A stretch of DNA of 64,000 nt from Candidatus Komeilibacteria bacterium (GTDB lineage Bacteria; Patescibacteriota; Patescibacteriia; UBA1558; UBA10009), in assembly GCA_030688315.1 (NCBI GenBank), contig JAUYIT010000037.1, forward strand, positions 3,348-67,347. The letters are read 5' to 3'. The translations under genes were made by a program, and so were the position numbers. Shown in pieces: positions 58,405 through 64,000 of this stretch (positions are counted from its first letter, which is position 1; each line of letters starts with the position of its first letter). Under the pieces are notes generated by a model that was not told the DNA's origin, did no database searches, and saw nothing but the letters and a program-made list of their open reading frames with translations.

Positions 58405-58476
58405 GTCATTGCGAGCGAATGGAATGGCGAAGCAATCCCGACGAGATTGCTTCGTCGCTACGCTCCTCGCAATGAC
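58405..58476. repeat. Shell-less GTCATTGCGAG doublet (R6)
   Basis: gtcattgcgag...gaagcaatc-ccgacga-gattgcttc...ctcgcaatgac. Confidence 0.9.
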
Positions 58477-58484
58477 AGTAAAAT

Positions 58485-59288
58485 ATGATAGGTATATTTG
58501 ACTCCGGTTTTGGAGGATTAACAGTCTTCAAAGAAATTAAGAGGGCCCTGCCCAAGTATGATTATATTTATCTTGGCGATAGTTTGCGCAGCCCTTACGG
58601 CGGCCGTACCCAGGAAACGATTCACCAATTTACCCAACAAGCGGTTGATTTTTTGTTTAAGCAGGGTTGCCAGTTGGTAATTTTGGCCTGCAATACCGCT
58701 TCCAGCGAGGCCTTGCGCAAGCTTCAACAAGAATGGCTGCCGGCTCATCATCCTGAACGTCGAATCTTAGGCGTGATTAGGCCACTGGCGGAAGAGGCAA
58801 TTAAAGCGTCCCGTTTTGGCCGCATTGGCGTGGTAGGCACTAAAGCCACCGTTCAATCCAAGGCCTATGAAAAAGAATTAAAGCATCTAAAAAAAGAAGT
58901 TAAAGTTTATCAGCAGTCAGCGCCGTTGTTGGTGCCGTTAATTGAAGAAGGTTGGCTGGATAAACCGGAAACCAGAATGATAATTAAAAAGTATTTGCGG
59001 CCGTTAAAAGACGCGCAGATTGATAGTTTGATTTTGGGCTGTACTCATTATCCTTTGTTGATGAAAGAATTTAAGAGAATCGCGGGCAAGCGGGTTAACG
59101 TTTTAAACGCGCCTAAAATAGTGGCTGATAAGTTGGTTGATTATTTAAACCGTCATCCGGAAATTGAAAACAAGTTGACTCGCAACGGTCAGATTAAGTA
59201 TTTAACCACCAACAGCCCCGAACATTTTGACGAACTAGGCAGTAAGTTTTTGGGCTCCCCAATCAAAAGCGCCAAGGTGGCATTGTAA
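58485..59288 (+). CDS. murI: Glutamate racemase
   Basis: FDSGFGGLTV, LACNTAS, LGCTHYP. Confidence 0.97.
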   Translation: MIGIFDSGFGGLTVFKEIKRALPKYDYIYLGDSLRSPYGGRTQETIHQFTQQAVDFLFKQGCQLVILACNTASSEALRKLQQEWLPAHHPERRILGVIRPLAEEAIKASRFGRIGVVGTKATVQSKAYEKELKHLKKEVKVYQQSAPLLVPLIEEGWLDKPETRMIIKKYLRPLKDAQIDSLILGCTHYPLLMKEFKRIAGKRVNVLNAPKIVADKLVDYLNRHPEIENKLTRNGQIKYLTTNSPEHFDELGSKFLGSPIKSAKVAL

Positions 59289-59290
59289 AT

Positions 59291-59716
59291 ATGTCGAGAA
59301 TTCTCTTTCCTGACCAAGTAATCCTGGAAAATGATTATTTTAAAGTTGTCTAGGATTGGGAGGTTCCCATACCCGCCTTTTTTATCATTAGCGCAAAAAG
59401 AAAAGTTTATTCCATTACTGAATTTACAACCGAAGAATTGAATGAGTTCATTCAAACGGCGGTAAAAGTCAGGCTGGCAATGAAAGAAGTTTTAAAAGTA
59501 AAGGATGTCTATTTTTTTCAAAATGAGGACTCGGAGCACGGCTTTCATTTATGGCTTTTCCCCCGCCTTGACTGGATGGAAAAATTCGGCAGAAAAATAG
59601 AATCGGTCAGGCCGATTATGGAATACGCCAAAAATAATCTGATTAATGAAAACGATCTCCGACAGGTTACGGAGACCGTTAAGCAGTTAAGATTATTTTT
59701 CAATCAAGTTGGTTGA
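59291..59716 (+). pseudogene. HIT-family hydrolase interrupted by one in-frame TAG
   Basis: MSRILFPDQVILENDYFKVV*DWEVPIPAFFII...HGFHLWLFPR; TAG at 59351-59353. Confidence 0.8.
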
Positions 59717-59718
59717 TC

Positions 59719-60696
59719 TTACAGTAACCCCATTTTTTTCTTTATTTCCAAGATATTCTTGCCGGCAATTTTGCCGGCTTTTTTAGCGCCATCGGCCAAA
59801 ATTTTAACCACCTGTTTTTTGTTCTGAAGCAGTTTTTTCTTTCTTTCCTGAATTGGTTGAAGATTTTTAATAATGGCTTCAGCCAGCTCGGTTTTTAATT
59901 CCGAGTATTTTAAGGTTTTATTATCGTAAGCGCTCGTCAGCTTTTGATGGGCCAAAGTCGCGTTAAACAATTTAAGCAAATCAAACAGGTTTTTAACACC
60001 AGCGGACATAGCATCGGACGCTGGGCCAGTATCAGTTACGGCTGACATGATTTTTTTTCTAATTACCTCGGGCTCATCGGATAATGCTATTAGATTATTG
60101 GCGCCTAAAGATTTACTCATCTTTTTTTCCGGATTAGTGAGTGACATAATCTTGGCGCCTTCACTGATAACCGGTTTGATTTCTTCATAATACTTACCAA
60201 ACTTATTATTGAATTTGCGGACAATTGTATTTGTCAGTTCCAAATGCTGTAATTGGTCCTGACCAACGGGTACTACTTCGGATTTGTATAAAAGAATATC
60301 GGCCGCCTGCAAAACCGGATAATCAAACAAGCCGGTGTTGATGTTTTCTTTATGTTGACTGGCTTTATCTTTAAATTGTGTCATTCGTTCCAGTTCGGCA
60401 ATGGGCGTTAAGGTATTAAAATACCAACATAGCTCGGTATGCTGGGGCACTTGGGATTGCACAAACAAAATCGATTTTTTAGGGTCAATGCCAATGGCCA
60501 GTAAATCCATGGCCGTATTCAAAATCGTCTCCTGGTATTCGGCCGGATTATAATCAATGGTAATGGAATGTAAGTCCGCGACCATAAAGTGGCACTGGTA
60601 TTTATCTTGAAGTTCAAGCCAGTTTTTTAAGGCCCCTAAATAGTTGCCGATATGGATTTCACCGGTCGGCTGTATGCCGGAAAGTAGGATTTTCAT
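59719..60696 (-). CDS. trpS: Tryptophan--tRNA ligase
   Basis: SGIQPTG..HIGNYLG, YPVLQAADIL, VPVGQDQ, KMSKS. Confidence 0.98.
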   Translation of the reverse strand: MKILLSGIQPTGEIHIGNYLGALKNWLELQDKYQCHFMVADLHSITIDYNPAEYQETILNTAMDLLAIGIDPKKSILFVQSQVPQHTELCWYFNTLTPIAELERMTQFKDKASQHKENINTGLFDYPVLQAADILLYKSEVVPVGQDQLQHLELTNTIVRKFNNKFGKYYEEIKPVISEGAKIMSLTNPEKKMSKSLGANNLIALSDEPEVIRKKIMSAVTDTGPASDAMSAGVKNLFDLLKLFNATLAHQKLTSAYDNKTLKYSELKTELAEAIIKNLQPIQERKKKLLQNKKQVVKILADGAKKAGKIAGKNILEIKKKMGLL

Positions 60697-60876
60697 TTTT
60701 AATCAGATTAATTTTATACTTATTGATATTGTAGCAGGAATTTGTGGTTATTTATAGGTTGACAGATTATGTAGAATGTGATTTAAATAGTAATGTAATG
60801 AACATTTCACCGTCCGTTGGAAATACCTTCTAAGGTTGGAGGTATTAAGAACGAACATTTTTCAAGGTCTCAGCGT

Positions 60877-61416
60877 ATGACACAAGATCGATCGGCCTTA
60901 CTCCTGCACGTAAAAGAGGTTGAGATTCGAACAACACCAAGTCAAGATCCTTTTACTATTGGTGACTACTTTGAACGGAACACCGGTAGGGAAAGTGTGA
61001 AGATCTTTGGTCTAGGAGATTTTTTTAGATCAAGGTTTTTAGGGCTCGTTGAACAACCGACTCCTTCTCTCTTTCTGATAAACTATCACACACTTACTCG
61101 GTGTTGTGAGCACGGCGGGCCAATTATCACTGAACTTGGCGGCGAAGATAAACCAGGGCTTTCCTTTGGGGAAGTTTGGAGGTTCATGATGATTGATGGG
61201 TACACGAGCCATAGGCTCATGTCTCATACTCATCAGGCGAATATTTTCTTTGTTCGTATTGATGGCATCATCTACATGATCCATGCTAGGGCTCAACCGT
61301 TTGGAAGTAGCCATGCCTGGTTCATGGATGCAGACTTTGTTGACGGAGTCACAAATGTTTGTAACGATGGCGATCGGGTCTTCTCTCGCAGTCAGAAAAC
61401 TTCTTTGATAGTTTAG
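60877..61416 (+). CDS. Orphan protein with a DGR-target-like C-terminus
   Basis: ANIFFVR...W...A...NDGDRVFSR; own TTGACA promoter and terminator (61432-61482). Confidence 0.65.
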   Translation: MTQDRSALLLHVKEVEIRTTPSQDPFTIGDYFERNTGRESVKIFGLGDFFRSRFLGLVEQPTPSLFLINYHTLTRCCEHGGPIITELGGEDKPGLSFGEVWRFMMIDGYTSHRLMSHTHQANIFFVRIDGIIYMIHARAQPFGSSHAWFMDADFVDGVTNVCNDGDRVFSRSQKTSLIV

Positions 61417-61481
61417 GCTCGTTATGACCTTAGACCACTGGTCCCTCTAGAATTTCTTTGTAGATTCCAGGGGGTCTTTTT

Positions 61482-62375
61482 TTATCCAAACAAAATAATA
61501 ATGATCGCGCCGGCCAACATTAGTAACACACCGGGTAATCTTTTTAATAAATTTTTTTCCTTAAAAATCAGCGGCCCGAGTAAAATGGGAATTAAAAAGG
61601 CGGCGCGTTTGATGGAAATAACGTAGTTAACTAAAATTGTTGAGTAAGCGTTAAACATCAACCAGCCGCTGATAACAATAATCAAGCCGATAATCAAAAA
61701 AAGCGGCCAGTAATTTTTAAAACTTTTCACAACTTCATTTTTAACCAGGCTTTTTTTGGCCAGCAACCATCCCCAAATTACCAGCCATACGCCGGTAAAA
61801 ACGTAGAGCCAGGTTAAGTAGCCGACCGATGTTGATTGCTGAAGGCCCAGTTTGTCCAAAGGCCCGGCCACGCAATATAGCAAAGCCACCAGTATCATTA
61901 AACGGCTGCCTAAGGAAAATTTCCAAGCGCCTTTTTTGTTTTCAACCCGGCTTAAATAAAAAGCTCCGCCAATAATGGCGCCGATGCCGAATAAGGCCAA
62001 TATGGTAGGGCTATCCCTGAACAGTAGCCATTCCACCGGAATAATAAAAATAGAAGTTAAATATAAAAAAGGCAGGGTCAAGGAAAAATCTTCAATGGCG
62101 TAAGCCTTTAAAGTAAGGTACACGCCCAGGGCCTGAACCGAAGCGCTGATGGCCGCAAGCAGAATGGAAGTTGCGTTGAGGGTAAACTGGTTAAGCGTGA
62201 GCGCCAAAACAATACTGATCAGCGCCAGAAAAAAATAGAGGTTTATCAAAACAGCGCTTTGCGTCTGTTTTTTAGTGGTCACCAAATATTTTTGTCCTAT
62301 TTCGGCGCCGGAGGCGATAATAGCGCCCAACACGGCCGCGCCAAAGCCGGTCAACAACAGTTGAGTTAAATTCAT
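61482..62375 (-). CDS. EamA/DMT-family transporter
   Basis: About 10 TMs in two repeats. Confidence 0.85.
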   Translation of the reverse strand: MNLTQLLLTGFGAAVLGAIIASGAEIGQKYLVTTKKQTQSAVLINLYFFLALISIVLALTLNQFTLNATSILLAAISASVQALGVYLTLKAYAIEDFSLTLPFLYLTSIFIIPVEWLLFRDSPTILALFGIGAIIGGAFYLSRVENKKGAWKFSLGSRLMILVALLYCVAGPLDKLGLQQSTSVGYLTWLYVFTGVWLVIWGWLLAKKSLVKNEVVKSFKNYWPLFLIIGLIIVISGWLMFNAYSTILVNYVISIKRAAFLIPILLGPLIFKEKNLLKRLPGVLLMLAGAIIIILFG

Positions 62376-62425
62376 AATTCAATTGTTATTTTGAGCGAAC
62401 GGCGGGGATCCCCGCCACGCGTTAA

Positions 62426-64000
62426 TTACACTTCAATAATCACCGGTAAAACCATCGGCCGGCGTTCGGTGTGCTGGAACAAAAACTTGCCGATTTCGTT
62501 GCGGACCTTATCTTTAATGTAAGCATCGTTAGTGGAGTTGCTGGGATTGTAATCTTTAAGCAGAGCTTTGACTTTTTTGCGCGTATCTTCCACTAGTTTC
62601 TTGTTTTCTTTCATGTAGATAAATCCGCGGGAAATAAGATCGGGGTTTTGCACCAGCTCGCCGGTTTTGGCGCGGATGGTGGCAATAACCACAATCATGC
62701 CGTCTTCGGCCATCATCTGCCGATCGCGCAAAACAATGTTGGAAACATCGCCCACGCCCAAGCCGTCCACAAATACGTAGTCGGTCGGCACTTTTTTATT
62801 GGTCAGTACGCCGCCCTTTTTGGTGAATTCTATGACCTGCCCGTTATCGGCCACAAAAATGTTATCGGGATTAACGCCGGCGGCCAAAGCGTTTTTGGCG
62901 TTTAAGCGCAAAAAGGAATGATGGCCTTCTACCGGAATAAAGTATTTAGGTTTAACTAAAGAAATGAAGAATTTTAAATCTTCGGCCTTGGCGTGGCCGC
63001 CAGCGTGCACGTCCATCATTTGGTAATGGATGACTTCGGCGCCCTGGCGGTACAGCGAGTCCTTGAGCCGTTGAACCGACCGTTCGTTGCCCGGAATAAC
63101 GGAGGAGGAAAAAACAATCGTATCGCCCTTTTCAATTTTCAAACTTTTATGTTCGCGGTTGGCGATGCGCATCAGCACGGCCCGGTCTTCGCCTTGGGCG
63201 CCGGTGCAAACAATCAAAATTTTATTCTTGGGATAATTATCAATGTGTTTAACATCAATGATGGTATCTTTTTTGATTTTGAGGTAGCCCAAGGCCTTGG
63301 CGATTTCCACGTTGGTTTTCATGGAGTAGCCCTCAATAATCACTTTTTTGCCGAACATTTCGGCCGCCACAATGATCTGTTGAATACGTCCGAGCAATGA
63401 AGCAAAGGTGCCCATAATTACCCGGCCGGGCGCGTCCTTCATAATATCATCAAGGTTGTGCTGAATTTCGTTTTCGCTTAATTGGTGGCCGGATTGCGAA
63501 GCGTTGGTGGAGTCGGCCAACAAAGCCAACACGTTTTCCTGCCCCAGCTGTTTGATTTTATCAATTTCGGTGCCGGTGGCGCCGGTTTCATTAAGATCAA
63601 TTTTAAAATCGCCGGTATGAACAATTTTGCCCAAAGGCGTATCCACCACCAAACCCATGCTGGTGGGAATATTGTGGCTGACGCCAAAGAAGCCCACTTT
63701 AAACACGCCCGCTTTAATAACGTCATTGGTGCTAACGGCCTGCATGTTAAGCGGAGAGGCGTTTTGGTAATCGCCCTGGCGCTTGCCAATAATAGCCAAG
63801 CTTAAATCGGAACTATAAATAGTAGGGCTGCCCAAAGCGTCCATCAAATGGGGAATGGCACCGATGTGGTCGTAGTGGGCGTGGGTGATAAAAACGCCCC
63901 TGATGTTTTTGACCTTGTCGCGCAGGTATTCAATGTTGGGAATAATGTAATCAATGCCCGGCATGTCTTCTTCCGGAAACTGCAAACCCAAGTCAATAAT
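62426..64000 (-). CDS. rnj: Ribonuclease J (5' end outside the window)
   Basis: THAHYDHIG, SHNIP, HTGDFK, TGAQGE, IPGNE, HAGGH. Confidence 0.97.
   Translation of the reverse strand: MIDLGLQFPEEDMPGIDYIIPNIEYLRDKVKNIRGVFITHAHYDHIGAIPHLMDALGSPTIYSSDLSLAIIGKRQGDYQNASPLNMQAVSTNDVIKAGVFKVGFFGVSHNIPTSMGLVVDTPLGKIVHTGDFKIDLNETGATGTEIDKIKQLGQENVLALLADSTNASQSGHQLSENEIQHNLDDIMKDAPGRVIMGTFASLLGRIQQIIVAAEMFGKKVIIEGYSMKTNVEIAKALGYLKIKKDTIIDVKHIDNYPKNKILIVCTGAQGEDRAVLMRIANREHKSLKIEKGDTIVFSSSVIPGNERSVQRLKDSLYRQGAEVIHYQMMDVHAGGHAKAEDLKFFISLVKPKYFIPVEGHHSFLRLNAKNALAAGVNPDNIFVADNGQVIEFTKKGGVLTNKKVPTDYVFVDGLGVGDVSNIVLRDRQMMAEDGMIVVIATIRAKTGELVQNPDLISRGFIYMKENKKLVEDTRKKVKALLKDYNPSNSTNDAYIKDKVRNEIGKFLFQHTERRPMVLPVIIEV

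Noticed and set aside
59351-59353. Stop-codon reassignment (alternative genetic code)
   Set aside because: Core genes are uninterrupted in code 11, and TAG and TGA both terminate genes normally

Overview
A 64-kb chromosomal segment of a small-genome bacterium. The 16S primer-site variants, SD-less core genes and overall gene set point to Patescibacteria/CPR, Parcubacteria-like (inference). It starts with a 3'-truncated 16S rRNA gene and contains tRNA-Glu(TTC). Housekeeping genes include fbaB, glpX, trmD, rpsP, a short smc, pyrE/pyrF, argH, rnc, a nusB-NUDIX fusion, rpmF, tsaD/E, valS, a PilB/GspE ATPase, ftsH, rpsA, gyrA, ruvB, queA, ychF, uvrD, glyA, murI, trpS and rnj. Self-contained orphan units (promoter, SD, ORF, terminator) are interspersed among them. 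Five observations stand out. (1) Two unrelated putative RNase genes 32 kb apart (DUF3800 and NYN) share one architecture: promoter, an AGGGTCAA...TTGRCCCTTTT leader hairpin, the ORF, and a convergent promoter driving a short structured antisense RNA over the ORF 3' end. This is a candidate RNA-controlled nuclease (toxin-antitoxin-like) module. (2) A nested repeat family with a constant AAGGCCTTGC shell and TGGTATAAACA core but interchangeable REP-type arms. (3) An orphan gene with an adenine-depleted, DGR-like variable region but no RT or template repeat in the window. (4) Two promoter/terminator-bounded non-coding units. (5) In-frame repeat insertions in tsaD and valS. I found no CRISPR array, transposase or integrase. 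All calls come from reading motifs by eye; no searches were run.
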